Assembly: GCA_030583765.1 (NCBI GenBank)
Contig: CP129474.1
Span: 265,709 to 329,708, forward strand
DNA length: 64,000 nt
From: Minisyncoccota bacterium
Lineage (GTDB): Bacteria > Patescibacteriota > Minisyncoccia > 2-02-FULL-40-12 > GWA2-44-9
Direction: 5' to 3'
Shown: piece after piece, positions 35,294 to 45,870 of the stretch
Layout: each line of letters opens with the position of its first letter
Position numbering within the stretch: position 1 is the stretch's first letter
Notes under the pieces: generated by a model
The model's database searches: none
Told to the model about the DNA's origin: nothing
The model's input: the letters and a program-made list of their open reading frames with translations, nothing else
Translations under genes and position numbers: made by a program

Positions 35294-38200
35294 ATGCGGT
35301 TCACTCATTTGCACACCCATTCGCACTACTCCCTCCTCGACGGCCTTTCAAAGGTTGATGCCATTGTCTCACGCGTCAAAGAGGCTGGGATGGATTCAGT
35401 CGCCATTACGGACCACGGCGTCATGTATGGCGCTATTGAGTTTTATAAAAAAGCAACAAAGGCCGGCATCAAGCCAATCATCGGGTGTGAAATGTACATC
35501 ACGAGCGGATCGCGACATGACAAACGACCCGGGATCGATGATCAACGCTATCACCTTATCCTCCTTGCAGAAACAAATGAAGGCTACCGCAACCTCATGA
35601 AGCTGGTTACGGCAGCGCACCTTGAAGGCTTCTACTACAAGCCGCGCATCGACAAAGAAATTCTGCGCCAGCACAGTAAAGGACTCATTGGCCTTTCGGC
35701 ATGTCTTGCCGGAGAAATCTCACGTGCGCTCACTGGCAATGATTACCCCGCTGCGTGCGCAAAAGCGCGTGAGTATGAAGACATTTTTGGAAAAGGAAAT
35801 TTCTTTATTGAGCTCCAACAGCACACCAGCATCCCCGACCAAAATATGGTGACGCCCCAGCTCGTGCGCCTTGCACGCGAGCTCGACATCCCTATGGTTG
35901 CCACACAAGACTCTCACTACACACACCACCACGATCAAGAGGCCCACGACATTCTCCTTGCAGTCCAAACGGGCAATAAGCTCGACGATAAAGATCGCTT
36001 CAGTATGAATCAAGATGACTTCTCCCTTCTCACCGTTGAAGAGATGCGCGAGAAATTTCTACCACTGGGAGAAGATGTCATGCACGAGGCATTTGAGAAC
36101 ACGGCGAGGATCGCAGATCGCTGTTCCCTCACTATTGAGATCGGCAAAACACAACTCCCCTCGTTTCCTCTTCCCACGGGACACACCGACGCTTTCGCGT
36201 ACCTCACCGAGCTCGTCGCACAAGGCGTGAAACGCCGATTTGGCGAAACAGAGCGCGTTGATGTCACCGAGCGTATCGCCTATGAAATGGGGGTTATCAA
36301 AGAAACCGGGTTCGCCTCCTACTTCCTCATCGTCCAAGACTTTGTGAACTGGGCAAAGCGTCAAGGCATCATTGTGGGACCAGGCCGTGGCTCCGCCGCA
36401 GGAAGTCTTGTCGCCTATGTTTTAAACATTACCAACATAGACCCACTCCACTACAGCCTCCTCTTTGAGCGATTCTTGAACCCCGCGCGTATCTCCATGC
36501 CTGATATCGACCTCGACTTTGCCGATCATCGACGCGATGAAGTACTGCACTACGTGTCAGAAAAGTATGGCAAAGATCACGTCGCGCAGATTATCACTTT
36601 CGGAACGATGGCTGCTCGTGGGAGCATCCGCGACACCGGTCGTGCGCTTGGACTCAGTTATGATTTTTGTGATCGCGTCGCGAAGATGATCCCGTTCAAC
36701 CCGAATGCGGGCGGCGACAAAACGGGACAACTAGCGAAGGCTCTTGAAAGTGTTGCGGAACTCAAAGAAGCATACGATAAAGATCCCGACATCAAGCGCC
36801 TCATTGATTCCGCTGCCAAGCTTGAGGGCGTCGCACGACATGCATCTACACACGCGTGCGCTGTAGTGATCTCCCCACAGCCACTCACGGAATATCTCCC
36901 CCTCCAACAGGGCACCGATGATGGCGACATTATCACGCAGTATGAAATGCATGCTGTTGAAGATCTTGGGCTCTTGAAGATGGACTTTTTAGGACTTGCC
37001 AACCTCACCATCATTGAGCGCGCCCTGTCTATGATTAAAGAGCGTCACAACGTCAGTATAGACATGGACGCCCTCCCCCTTGATGACGCAAAAGCATTCA
37101 AACTCCTGCAAGAGGCAAAAACAACAGGAGTATTCCAGCTAGAGTCCGCCGGCATGAAGCGCTACCTCAAAGAACTGCGCCCCACCACTATTGAAGACAT
37201 CATCGCCATGTGCGCCCTGTACCGCCCAGGACCAATGGACCTCATCCCCGACTACATCAATCGCAAACACGGACGCAGTAAAGTCACCTATCTTCACCCC
37301 GCGCTTGAACCAATCCTCAAAAACACCTACGGCATCATGGTATATCAAGAGCAGCTCATGGCCGCCGTGCGCGCGTTGGCCGGATTCAGCCTTGCTGAAG
37401 CGGACATCATGAGAAAGGCGGTTGGCAAGAAGATTAAATCACTCCTCGACGAGCAGGAGGGCAAATTTAAAGACGGATGTGCGCGCGTTGGAACCCCGAA
37501 AGATGTTGCCGAAACATTCTGGGGACTCGTTGAACCATTCAACCGCTATGCGTTCAATAGAAGCCATGCCGCATGCTATGCAGTCATCGCCTACCAAACG
37601 GCCTATTTGAAAGCCAACTTCCCCGCCGAGTTCATGGCCTCATTCATGAATAGTGAAACGGGTGACGTAGAACGTATTGCCTTTTTAATCGATGAGTGCC
37701 GCTCCATGAAGATTGAGGTCCTCCCTCCTGACATCAATCAGAGTGGTGAAAGGTTTGCTGTCGTCTCAGATTCACCGGCAGCAATCCGCTTTGGGCTCAC
37801 CGCCATTAAAAACGTTGGCGAACATGCCGTACAGGCGCTCATCGCTGAACGTGCAAAGAACGGCCCCTTCACCAGCGTCGCCGACTTCGTCACTCGCATT
37901 CCTTCAAAGGACCTCAATAAAAAATCACTGGAGAGCCTTATTAAATCAGGCGCGCTTGATGCATTTGGTGAGCGTGGCGCATTACTGGCGAGTATGGACA
38001 ATCTTCTCAGCTACGCACGTGATCACCAAAAAAATGCGTCGAGTGGTCAAGTAAGTCTCTTTGGTGAACACACTGCAACGGCGCTTCCTCCAGTCAGTTT
38101 AGTGAAGGCAGAACCAGCAACGACATGGTCGCGCCTCTCGTGGGAAAAAGAGCTTCTCGGACTCTATGTCTCCGAGCATCCGCTCGATTCATTTAAAACA

Positions 38201-38512
38201 CAGCTTGCGCAAGAACGCGTCATTCCTATTAAAAATATCGTGCCGCGCGTCACGCACTCATTTGCCATCGGAGGTATGGTGACTCGGGTGCAAAAGATTA
38301 TTACCAAAACAGGAAAGCCGATGGCGTTTCTAGAACTTGAAGACCTTACGGGGAAAATGGAGGCGGTAGTTTTTCCAACAGTGCTCGCAAAGTTTCAAGA
38401 CATTTGCACCGAAAACCACATTCTTGTCGCACAAGGAAAAGTGAACGAACGAGATGGACGTGTTTCATTCCTCTGCGATTCACTTAAGTCACTCGCGGAG
38501 CTCGGAAAATAA
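35294..38512 (+). CDS. dnaE: DNA polymerase III alpha subunit
   Basis: PHP domain start MRFTHLHTHSHYSLLDG, polymerase core and OB-fold. Start at the internal ATG 35294. Confidence 0.9.
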   Translation: MRFTHLHTHSHYSLLDGLSKVDAIVSRVKEAGMDSVAITDHGVMYGAIEFYKKATKAGIKPIIGCEMYITSGSRHDKRPGIDDQRYHLILLAETNEGYRNLMKLVTAAHLEGFYYKPRIDKEILRQHSKGLIGLSACLAGEISRALTGNDYPAACAKAREYEDIFGKGNFFIELQQHTSIPDQNMVTPQLVRLARELDIPMVATQDSHYTHHHDQEAHDILLAVQTGNKLDDKDRFSMNQDDFSLLTVEEMREKFLPLGEDVMHEAFENTARIADRCSLTIEIGKTQLPSFPLPTGHTDAFAYLTELVAQGVKRRFGETERVDVTERIAYEMGVIKETGFASYFLIVQDFVNWAKRQGIIVGPGRGSAAGSLVAYVLNITNIDPLHYSLLFERFLNPARISMPDIDLDFADHRRDEVLHYVSEKYGKDHVAQIITFGTMAARGSIRDTGRALGLSYDFCDRVAKMIPFNPNAGGDKTGQLAKALESVAELKEAYDKDPDIKRLIDSAAKLEGVARHASTHACAVVISPQPLTEYLPLQQGTDDGDIITQYEMHAVEDLGLLKMDFLGLANLTIIERALSMIKERHNVSIDMDALPLDDAKAFKLLQEAKTTGVFQLESAGMKRYLKELRPTTIEDIIAMCALYRPGPMDLIPDYINRKHGRSKVTYLHPALEPILKNTYGIMVYQEQLMAAVRALAGFSLAEADIMRKAVGKKIKSLLDEQEGKFKDGCARVGTPKDVAETFWGLVEPFNRYAFNRSHAACYAVIAYQTAYLKANFPAEFMASFMNSETGDVERIAFLIDECRSMKIEVLPPDINQSGERFAVVSDSPAAIRFGLTAIKNVGEHAVQALIAERAKNGPFTSVADFVTRIPSKDLNKKSLESLIKSGALDAFGERGALLASMDNLLSYARDHQKNASSGQVSLFGEHTATALPPVSLVKAEPATTWSRLSWEKELLGLYVSEHPLDSFKTQLAQERVIPIKNIVPRVTHSFAIGGMVTRVQKIITKTGKPMAFLELEDLTGKMEAVVFPTVLAKFQDICTENHILVAQGKVNERDGRVSFLCDSLKSLAELGK

Positions 38513-38562
38513 AAGAAGGCCGGCGACACCCTAAGGTATCTCCGGCCCGGAAAGAACTTGAG

Positions 38563-38751
38563 CTAGTGGGCCTCGCGGCACCACACGTGGGGAGGGGCGC
38601 ACACAGGACGAGACGAATTCGACACGAGGATCTCTCGCTTGAGCTCCTCGACGGCGCGCTCCATCTCCTTGAGCGCGGTCGCAACGGGCACGCCGCGCGC
38701 CATGTCGTCCTGGAGAATCTTCTCCAGACGACCCTTCGTTTCGAGCTTCAT
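38563..38751 (-). CDS. small hypothetical protein (62 aa)
   Basis: K/E-rich helical composition. Second gene of a two-gene minus-strand pair in a locally GC-rich segment. Confidence 0.3.
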   Translation of the reverse strand: MKLETKGRLEKILQDDMARGVPVATALKEMERAVEELKREILVSNSSRPVCAPPHVWCREAH

Positions 38752-38759
38752 GCCTCCTC

Positions 38760-39008
38760 CTATCCCACGCCGCCAACGGCGATGAACCGGGCGGTTGCCT
38801 CGGGCACCAGGCGCACGGTGCGCAAGTGGGCAGCGCGCAGGCCGTGCGGTTCGCCGAACACCTTGCGCTCCGCAGCGGTGTCCGTGGTATGCCCCGTCAC
38901 GTGAAGCACGCTCATGGCCTCTTCACGCGAAGCGCCACGCTCCCGCATGCCACACAGGAACTCCTCCTTCAGCTCGAGGGATTTTTCCTCGAACGTCTTC
39001 TGCTTCAT
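38760..39008 (-). CDS. small hypothetical protein (82 aa)
   Basis: First gene of the pair. Protein-like composition, in contrast with the Arg-rich plus-strand alternative. Confidence 0.3.
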   Translation of the reverse strand: MKQKTFEEKSLELKEEFLCGMRERGASREEAMSVLHVTGHTTDTAAERKVFGEPHGLRAAHLRTVRLVPEATARFIAVGGVG

Positions 39009-39111
39009 CTGCCCTCCTTGATGTAACGACGAGAGAAGCCATTATAATACAGTTTTATGGATAAGTCAAAACCTTTCATTCGTGGGCATTATTCGGTATT
39101 CTACAGAAACT

Positions 39112-40854
39112 ATGGCACAGCAATTAGAACACATTCGGCATTCTCTCGCGCACCTGTTAGCCGCCGCGGTTATCAAACACTTCCCCGACGCACAGCGAAC
39201 GCTCGGGCCAGCTATCGAGCATGGGTTTTACTACGACTTTCTCTTCCCGACGCCCGTCAGCGAGCATGACCTTGAAAAAATAGAGGCAACCATGCGTAAG
39301 CTGCTTCCTGCGTGGACTTCATTCACACATCGAGAAGTATCTGCAGATGAGGCGCGCGAAGCGTTCAAAGGCAACCCTTTCAAGCTGGAAATGATCGAAG
39401 AGATTGTTGCCAAGGGCGAGCCCATCACCCTCTACACGAGCGGCGAATTCACCGACCTGTGCCGTGGAGGCCACGTCGAAAACCCTGCACAAGAAATCCC
39501 CGCCGATAGCTTTAAGCTTGAGAAGCTCGCAGGCGCCTACTGGCGCGGCGACGAAACCAAAGCACAGCTGACGCGCATCTACGGGCTCGCCTTTGAATCA
39601 AAAGAAAAACTTGAAGCGCACATCGCCATGGTTGAGGAAGCAAAAAAGCGCGACCATAAAATCCTCGGGCCCGCGCTCGACCTCTTCACCTTCTCGGACC
39701 TTGTTGGCGCCGGATTGCCGCTCTGGACACCAAAAGGAACCCTTCTCCGCAACATTCTCGACGACTTTGTGTGGTCGCTCCGCGCAAAGCGCGGCTACAT
39801 GAAAGTAGAGATTCCACACATCACCAAGAAAGACCTCTACGTCACCTCGGGCCACTGGGAGAAATTTAAAGACGACCTCTTCCGCATCACCACGCGCGAG
39901 AAGCATGAGTTCGCTATGAAGCCAATGAACTGCCCGCACCACACGCAGATCTACGCACGTAAGCAGTGGAGCTATCGTGAGCTCCCCCAGCGCTATGCGA
40001 ATACCACGATGTGCTATCGCGACGAACAGTCAGGTGAGCTTTCAGGCCTCTCTCGCGTACGAAGCTTCGCGCAAGACGATGCGCACGTCTTTTGCCGCAT
40101 GTCACAGGCACGAGAAGAATTCTTGAAGATCTGGGATATTATTCACGAATTCTACACACCATTTGGCTTTGAGCTCCGCGTACGCCTCTCGCGGCACGAT
40201 CCCGCACAGCCAGAAAAATATCTTGGGGATCCGCAGCGCTGGGAAGCTGCAGAAGGCATTTTGCGAGACATAGTCAAAGAAAAGAACGTCGACGCAATAG
40301 ACGGGCTTGGCGAAGCTGCATTCTATGGACCGAAGCTCGATTTCCTTGCACAAGATTCTCTGGGCCGCGAGTGGCAAGTTGCCACCATCCAGCTCGACAT
40401 GAACATGCCCGAGCGCTTTGACCTCACCTGCGTAAACGAAAAGGCAGAGAAGGAACGCATCGTCATGATCCACGCCGCAATCATGGGTTCCATTGAGCGC
40501 TTCCTCTCCATCGCCATCGAACACTTTGCGGGAGCATTTCCACTCTGGCTCGCGCCGGTGCAAGTTGCCGTGCTGCCTATTTCAGAAAAACAGCTTGAGT
40601 ATGCACAGAGCGTTGTGAGCGCGCTCGCCACTGCAGGATTTCGCGTAGAACTGCGCGATGAGAACGAAAGTATCGGCAAGAAAATCCGCGCCGCAGAGAT
40701 GATGAAGATTCCATATCTTCTCGTAGTGGGTGCGAAAGAAGTAGAAGCGCAAGCCGTGGCCGTACGTCAGCGCGGTGCTGGCGACACGGGCGCCGTATCA
40801 CTCGAAGCATTTATTGGGAAGGCAAAGGGAGAGATAGCGCAGAAATCACAGTAA
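39112..40854 (+). CDS. thrS: threonyl-tRNA synthetase (lacks N1/TGS domain)
   Basis: Editing domain H-x3-H/CRGGH motifs, class II catalytic core, C-terminal anticodon-binding domain. ~580 aa. Confidence 0.85.
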   Translation: MAQQLEHIRHSLAHLLAAAVIKHFPDAQRTLGPAIEHGFYYDFLFPTPVSEHDLEKIEATMRKLLPAWTSFTHREVSADEAREAFKGNPFKLEMIEEIVAKGEPITLYTSGEFTDLCRGGHVENPAQEIPADSFKLEKLAGAYWRGDETKAQLTRIYGLAFESKEKLEAHIAMVEEAKKRDHKILGPALDLFTFSDLVGAGLPLWTPKGTLLRNILDDFVWSLRAKRGYMKVEIPHITKKDLYVTSGHWEKFKDDLFRITTREKHEFAMKPMNCPHHTQIYARKQWSYRELPQRYANTTMCYRDEQSGELSGLSRVRSFAQDDAHVFCRMSQAREEFLKIWDIIHEFYTPFGFELRVRLSRHDPAQPEKYLGDPQRWEAAEGILRDIVKEKNVDAIDGLGEAAFYGPKLDFLAQDSLGREWQVATIQLDMNMPERFDLTCVNEKAEKERIVMIHAAIMGSIERFLSIAIEHFAGAFPLWLAPVQVAVLPISEKQLEYAQSVVSALATAGFRVELRDENESIGKKIRAAEMMKIPYLLVVGAKEVEAQAVAVRQRGAGDTGAVSLEAFIGKAKGEIAQKSQ

Positions 40855-40963
40855 GAAAAAAGCCCCCGGTGGAGTGAGTGTGTTTGGTAAACACTCCACG
40901 CGCGGGGGCCGGTTGCTACTCGGATGACATTATGGGCCGCGATGCCCTCCTGTCTCCTTTCGC

Positions 40964-40990
40964 GTCCCCACCTTCAGGCGGGGACTTTTT
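40964..40990 (+). terminator. rho-independent terminator downstream of thrS
   Basis: GTCCCC-ACCTTCAGGC-GGGGAC followed by TTTTT. Confidence 0.45.
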
Positions 40991-41088
40991 CATGTCACCC
41001 AGGGATTCAGATTACCTGTCCCCGGGCCCGGTTATGCTGTCCGCTTACTGGGCCTCGAACCCAGTGCGGAAGCCGGCAACCTTGGCAG

Positions 41089-41125
41089 CCATTGCATATA
41101 TATTACCATATGGTATATATTCTGT
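41089..41125 (+). promoter_or_regulatory. candidate miaA promoter (TTGCAT-N17-ATATAT) containing the 12-bp palindrome taccatatggta
   Basis: AT-rich block immediately 5' of miaA. Confidence 0.3.
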
Positions 41126-41128
41126 CAA

Positions 41129-42013
41129 ATGTCTCAAAAAGGCTCCCCAGACAAGCCGAAGCTCATCGTTATCGCCGGCCCCACTGCATCAGGAAAATCT
41201 GATCTTGCTATTCGTCTTGCTCGCGCGCTCAACGGCGAGATCATTTCCGCAGACTCGCGGCAAGTGTATAAGGGCATGGATATTGGGACCGGCAAAGTTA
41301 CGAAGCGCGAGCAAAAACTCGCACGACACTGGCTCATTGATGTCGCCTCCCCTACGCGCCAGTACACGGTCGCCCACTTCGTGCGCAACGCTACAAAAGC
41401 AATCCGCGACATCACCAAGCGCGGTAAGGTGCCTATCATCTGCGGTGGGACAGGTTTTTGGATTGATGCGCTCGTCTATGGCACTTCCATTCCTGATGTA
41501 AAACCTGATGCCAAACTGCGCGCTAAATTACAGAAACTTTCAACCTCACAGCTTTTTTCAAAACTACAGAAGCTTGATCCCACCCGCGCCCAATCCATTG
41601 ATCCCAAAAACCCTGTGCGCCTCATCCGCGCGCTGGAGATTGTAATGAAAACAGGAAAGCCGGTGCCCCAGCAAAGCGCTACCACTCCCTATCACGTCCT
41701 CTATCTCTGTGTTTCGCGTAACGCGGAAGAGCTCCGCGCTCGCATTGAAAAGCGTCTTGATGCACGCTTGCGCCAAGGCATGATTGCGGAAGTACAAAAA
41801 CTCCACACACAAGGCGTAAGCTGGAAAAAGCTTGAATCTTTCGGCCTTGAGTACCGCTGGGTTGCGCGCTTTCTCCAAAAGAAAATCGCACGCGATGAGA
41901 TGCGCACCGCGCTCCTCCACGACATCATCGCCTACTCAAAGCGCCAGCTCACCTGGTGGCGGAGGAATGGGGATGTGAGGTGGGTAAAAGCTGGCATTGC
42001 GCAGATGGTATGA
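41129..42013 (+). CDS. miaA: tRNA dimethylallyltransferase
   Basis: P-loop GPTASGKS and MiaA core (…VYKGMDIGT…IICGGTGFW…). Confidence 0.85.
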   Translation: MSQKGSPDKPKLIVIAGPTASGKSDLAIRLARALNGEIISADSRQVYKGMDIGTGKVTKREQKLARHWLIDVASPTRQYTVAHFVRNATKAIRDITKRGKVPIICGGTGFWIDALVYGTSIPDVKPDAKLRAKLQKLSTSQLFSKLQKLDPTRAQSIDPKNPVRLIRALEIVMKTGKPVPQQSATTPYHVLYLCVSRNAEELRARIEKRLDARLRQGMIAEVQKLHTQGVSWKKLESFGLEYRWVARFLQKKIARDEMRTALLHDIIAYSKRQLTWWRRNGDVRWVKAGIAQMV

Positions 42014-42052
42014 GTACGCTAGGATGTCCGCGGTTCTTTCTAGGAGGCATGA

Positions 42053-42502
42053 GTGGGGATTGCGGACGGCAACGTGACGCTCGCCATGGTAAAGCCGTGG
42101 CCAGAAATCGAGACGCGCTACGAGATCCGTTGTTTGGCGCGACAGATGTACCACGACGCCGAACTGCGCGTCGTACAGGAACACGAGATGCAGTTCACGT
42201 ATCTGGGAGCCGCGGAGTTCTACGCGGAGCACCGCAACAAAGGGTGGTTCGAGCAACTCGTTGCCTACATGGCATCTGGCCCCGTGTGGGTCATGCGAGT
42301 CGAAGGGCTCGACGCCATAATTAACGTGCGCCTCATTAACGGGGCCACAAACCCTCGCGAAGCGGCGCCGACAAGCATTCGTGGCAGGCTACGCGAACGC
42401 TTCGATCCCGCCAAGCCGGCTGCCAATTTCATCCACGGATCCGATTCACTGACAGCAGCACGGCGTGAGCTCGCGCTCATGGGCCTCTGGATGAAGCGTT
42501 AG
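42053..42502 (+). CDS. ndk: nucleoside diphosphate kinase
   Basis: MVKPW… GPVWVMRVEG… NFIHGSDS (active-site His region). Confidence 0.8.
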   Translation: MGIADGNVTLAMVKPWPEIETRYEIRCLARQMYHDAELRVVQEHEMQFTYLGAAEFYAEHRNKGWFEQLVAYMASGPVWVMRVEGLDAIINVRLINGATNPREAAPTSIRGRLRERFDPAKPAANFIHGSDSLTAARRELALMGLWMKR

Positions 42503-42541
42503 CACACGGGCGCGTCAGCAATGACGCGCCCACTTTTCTTT

Positions 42542-44029
42542 TTATTGAAGCGCTTTGAGAATTAACTCTTGAGCAACTTGTGGGTTTGCCTTCCCTTTTG
42601 AGGCCGCCATTACTTTTCCCACGAGGAATTTCAGCGGAGCTTCTTTTCCTGCTTTAAAGTCTGCCACTGCCTTTTCATTCTCTGCAAGTACACGAGATAC
42701 AATTTCCAAAAGCGCACGAGAATCAGAAACTTGAGCAAGATCTTTCTCTCGAATAATAGCCTCTGGCGATGCGCCGCTTGCGAACATGCCGGCGATGAGT
42801 GCCTGTGCGCCAGACGAAGATACTTCTCCATGGAATACGCGGACAATTGCATCAGCGAAATGCTCTGGGGAGATAGGGCACTGCGAGATGTGTAGCCCGG
42901 CGGCATCAAGATGGCGCGCAAGCTCTGTCATGAGGTAGTTCGAAGCGAGTTTATATAAACGAGGCACGTGCTCTACGCCTGGGCGGTTGAGGTGAGAAAG
43001 TTTTTCAAATGAGGCAAGCTCACTCGCCACATGTTCGAAATAGTCACCGAGTGCGCGATTCGTGGTCATCACTTCGATATCGTGTTCTGGAAGGGCATAT
43101 TCCTTCGTAAAACGAGTGCGGCGTTCTGCGGGAAGTTCTGGAACCAGCATTTGCACATCGGCGAGCCATTCGGGCGTGAGTACGATAGGTGGCAAATCCG
43201 GCTCTGGGAAATAGCGATAGTCCGCGGCCCCCTCTTTCACGCGCTGTGAGATCGTTTTTCCTTGCACCTCGTCCCATCCGCGCGTTTCTTGAATCACGCG
43301 CTCTCCAGAGCGAAGCGCGTCTGCTTGGCGCTCCATCTCATAGGTTGCCGCGCGTCCAGCGGCGTTGATTGAGTTAATATTCTTTACTTCAACTTTGGTT
43401 CCAGTGCCTGGCGCATTACTTGGAGCCATGGAGATGTTTACCTCAACACGCATCTGCCCCTTTTCCATGTCAGCATCGGAAACACCTGCATAGCGCAAAA
43501 TAAGGCGGAGCTCTTCTGCAAAGGCAACCACCTCTTCTGCAGAAGAAAAGTCGGGTTTCGTTACGAGCTCCATAAGCGGCACGCCGGCGCGGTTAAAATC
43601 AAGAAGCGTGTCGCTCCCATCGGCGCTGTGATATGAGCGGCCTACGTCTTCCTCAAGGTGGATACGTTCAATACGGATTGTTTTAGGCTTTCCCTCCCCA
43701 TCAGGAATGGTGAGTGCCCCATCTTTACAGAATGGTCGCTGATATTGGGTAATTTGGTAACCCTTAGGAAGGTCAGGATAGAAATAGTTCTTACGCTCGA
43801 AAAATGTTTCCGGGTCGATTGCGCACCCCAACGACATGCCGGCAAGCACCACCTTACGGATGGCTTCTTCATTTGCCACTGGAAGCGTGCCCGGATGCCC
43901 CATGCACACGGGACAAATGTTCGTGTTCGGACGCTTCTCGTCGGGGTCGTTCAAAGACGCGCAGAACATCTTCGTGCGCGTCTTGAGCTCGACGTGAATC
44001 TCAAGGCCAATAGTAGGCGTATATTCCAT
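42542..44029 (-). CDS. gatB: Asp-tRNA(Asn)/Glu-tRNA(Gln) amidotransferase subunit B
   Basis: MEYTPTIGLEIHVELKT… is the canonical GatB N-terminus, with a C-terminal YqeY-like tail. Confidence 0.85.
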   Translation of the reverse strand: MEYTPTIGLEIHVELKTRTKMFCASLNDPDEKRPNTNICPVCMGHPGTLPVANEEAIRKVVLAGMSLGCAIDPETFFERKNYFYPDLPKGYQITQYQRPFCKDGALTIPDGEGKPKTIRIERIHLEEDVGRSYHSADGSDTLLDFNRAGVPLMELVTKPDFSSAEEVVAFAEELRLILRYAGVSDADMEKGQMRVEVNISMAPSNAPGTGTKVEVKNINSINAAGRAATYEMERQADALRSGERVIQETRGWDEVQGKTISQRVKEGAADYRYFPEPDLPPIVLTPEWLADVQMLVPELPAERRTRFTKEYALPEHDIEVMTTNRALGDYFEHVASELASFEKLSHLNRPGVEHVPRLYKLASNYLMTELARHLDAAGLHISQCPISPEHFADAIVRVFHGEVSSSGAQALIAGMFASGASPEAIIREKDLAQVSDSRALLEIVSRVLAENEKAVADFKAGKEAPLKFLVGKVMAASKGKANPQVAQELILKALQ

Positions 44030-44113
44030 ACGAATACCCAACGGTAGCATGTTTTGTTGGCAAAAAAAAGCGCCCCCAGACTCGAAAGTCTGAGGGCAGT
44101 TTTCCACTTACGC

Positions 44114-44758
44114 TTACGCTGCGTAGTGCGGAGAGAACTTGCGGACCACGCGAGAGAAGATCTCGTGATGGATCTCTTCAATGCTCTTAGTGCCGTCATC
44201 GACGACAGCGGAGCAATTGGGCGAGACAGAGATCCACTCTCTGAATCCTTCATGTACGCGGCGATGGAACGCGAGCTCTTCACGCTCGAAACGATCCATC
44301 TTCTCGCCACGTCCGTGCACGCGACGGATCCCCACCTCGGGCTCCACAAGAAGCACGATCTGCAGATCGGGCATCAGACCACCCGTCGCAAGGTTGATGG
44401 CCTGCATCCGAGCATCGCGGTTGTCCATGTCTCGAGCAACCAACTGGTAGGCAAACGTGGATCCGATGTAGCGATCGCTCACCACCCAATCACCTCGCTT
44501 GAGCGCGGGCTGTACGATCTCGCGGACATGTTGAGCCCGGTCCGCAAGGAAGAGAAAGAACTCCGCATCGGGGTACAGGATGGTATTCCGCGGGGTAAGC
44601 AGCAGTTCACGGACGCCTCGACCTACGGCGGTATCCGCGCCAGGCTCCTTGGTTAGTACTGCATTTCGCCCCAAAAAGCCGTGAAGCATAGAAACGAGTC
44701 GCCTCGCCTGCTCCGTTTTACCAGCGCCCTCAATTCCCTCAAATGTGATGAACGGCAT
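44114..44758 (-). CDS. tmk: thymidylate kinase
   Basis: MPFITFEGIEGAGKT (P-loop), DRY motif, LID region. Confidence 0.85.
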   Translation of the reverse strand: MPFITFEGIEGAGKTEQARRLVSMLHGFLGRNAVLTKEPGADTAVGRGVRELLLTPRNTILYPDAEFFLFLADRAQHVREIVQPALKRGDWVVSDRYIGSTFAYQLVARDMDNRDARMQAINLATGGLMPDLQIVLLVEPEVGIRRVHGRGEKMDRFEREELAFHRRVHEGFREWISVSPNCSAVVDDGTKSIEEIHHEIFSRVVRKFSPHYAA

Positions 44759-44770
44759 GCACGCCTCCCC

Positions 44771-44803
44771 TCAATAAAGAACGACGCCCTGGTGGGCGTC
44801 GTT
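44771..44803 (-). terminator. rho-independent terminator after rplK
   Basis: AACGACGCCC-TGGT-GGGCGTCGTT hairpin plus U-tract on the minus strand. Confidence 0.5.
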
Positions 44804-44835
44804 CAGTCTAAGCGAGATTCTCTATGCATGCAACC

Positions 44836-45258
44836 TTACTTCACTTCGATGCCCATTGAGCGGGCGGTGCCTTCAACAATCTTCATTGCAGCCTCTACGT
44901 CGTTTGCGTTGAGATCCTGCATCTTTTTCTCTGCGATCTCGCGCACTTGCGCCTTGGTGACAGAGCCCACTTTCTTCTTATTTGGCTCACCAGAACCCTT
45001 CTCAAGACCTGCGGCTACCTGCAGAAGATATGCTGCTGGCGGGGTCTTAAATTCAAGAGAGAACGAGCGGTCGTCATAGATAGTAACAATGACCGGCGTC
45101 ACCTCGCCCGGACGATCCTTTGTTGCATCATTAAACTGCAGAACAAATTGCTGCAAGTTGATACCAGTTGGACCGAGTGCCGTACCCACTGGAGGTGCCG
45201 GAGTTGCCCGACCGCCGGGAATCTGAAGTTTTGCGACTGCTTTGATATTCTTTGCCAT
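44836..45258 (-). CDS. rplK: 50S ribosomal protein L11
   Basis: [30 protein letters not shown]…. Confidence 0.9.
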   Translation of the reverse strand: MAKNIKAVAKLQIPGGRATPAPPVGTALGPTGINLQQFVLQFNDATKDRPGEVTPVIVTIYDDRSFSLEFKTPPAAYLLQVAAGLEKGSGEPNKKKVGSVTKAQVREIAEKKMQDLNANDVEAAMKIVEGTARSMGIEVK

Positions 45259-45321
45259 GTATACGTGCTTTGCGCGGGAGAAGCATCACCGCACCAAAGC
45301 GATAAGCCAAACGAGTATATA

Positions 45322-45867
45322 CTACAACTTCTTCATCTGCAAGAAGTCAAGTTCCACGGGCGTTTCGCGACCAAAGATCGTTACCAACACTTTGACGCGG
45401 CCACGCTCCGGATCTACTTCTGCGATTTTACCATCGAAATCTTTAAAGGGGCCGTCAGTGATCTTCACGCGCTCCCCAACCGCAATGTCCACTTGGTACG
45501 AAGGCTCCTTTGCGCCGGAGCGAGCAAGAAGATCATTTACCTCCGAGGCAGAGAGTGGGGTTGGCACCGTGCCAGCACCGATAAAGCCGGTCACGTTTGG
45601 CGTGTTGCGCACTACATACCATGACGCGTCATTGACGAGCATCTCCACGAGCACATAACCTGGGTAGATCTTTTCTTCGATCGTTTCACGCTTGCCGTTG
45701 CGGATACGAATCTTCTTTTCTTTTGGAACGAGAATGTTGAAAATCTGATCTTCAAAACCGAGCGTTTCCACGCGTTGTTTTAAACTGCGGCATACGTTGT
45801 CTTCGTAGCCAGAATACGTGTGAATAGCGTACCAGCGGCGCTCTTCAATATTAGCTTGCTTTGCCAT
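45322..45867 (-). CDS. nusG: transcription termination/antitermination factor NusG
   Basis: NGN domain (WYAIHTYSGYE) plus KOW (GERVKITDGPFKDFDGKI). Confidence 0.85.
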   Translation of the reverse strand: MAKQANIEERRWYAIHTYSGYEDNVCRSLKQRVETLGFEDQIFNILVPKEKKIRIRNGKRETIEEKIYPGYVLVEMLVNDASWYVVRNTPNVTGFIGAGTVPTPLSASEVNDLLARSGAKEPSYQVDIAVGERVKITDGPFKDFDGKIAEVDPERGRVKVLVTIFGRETPVELDFLQMKKL

Positions 45868-45870
45868 AGG

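Noticed and set aside
41040-41100. Possible minus-strand tRNA (T-arm-like CTGGG-TTCGAGG-CCCAG)
   Set aside because: No complementary acceptor stem, D-arm or anticodon arm could be built around it. It is probably part of the miaA promoter region.
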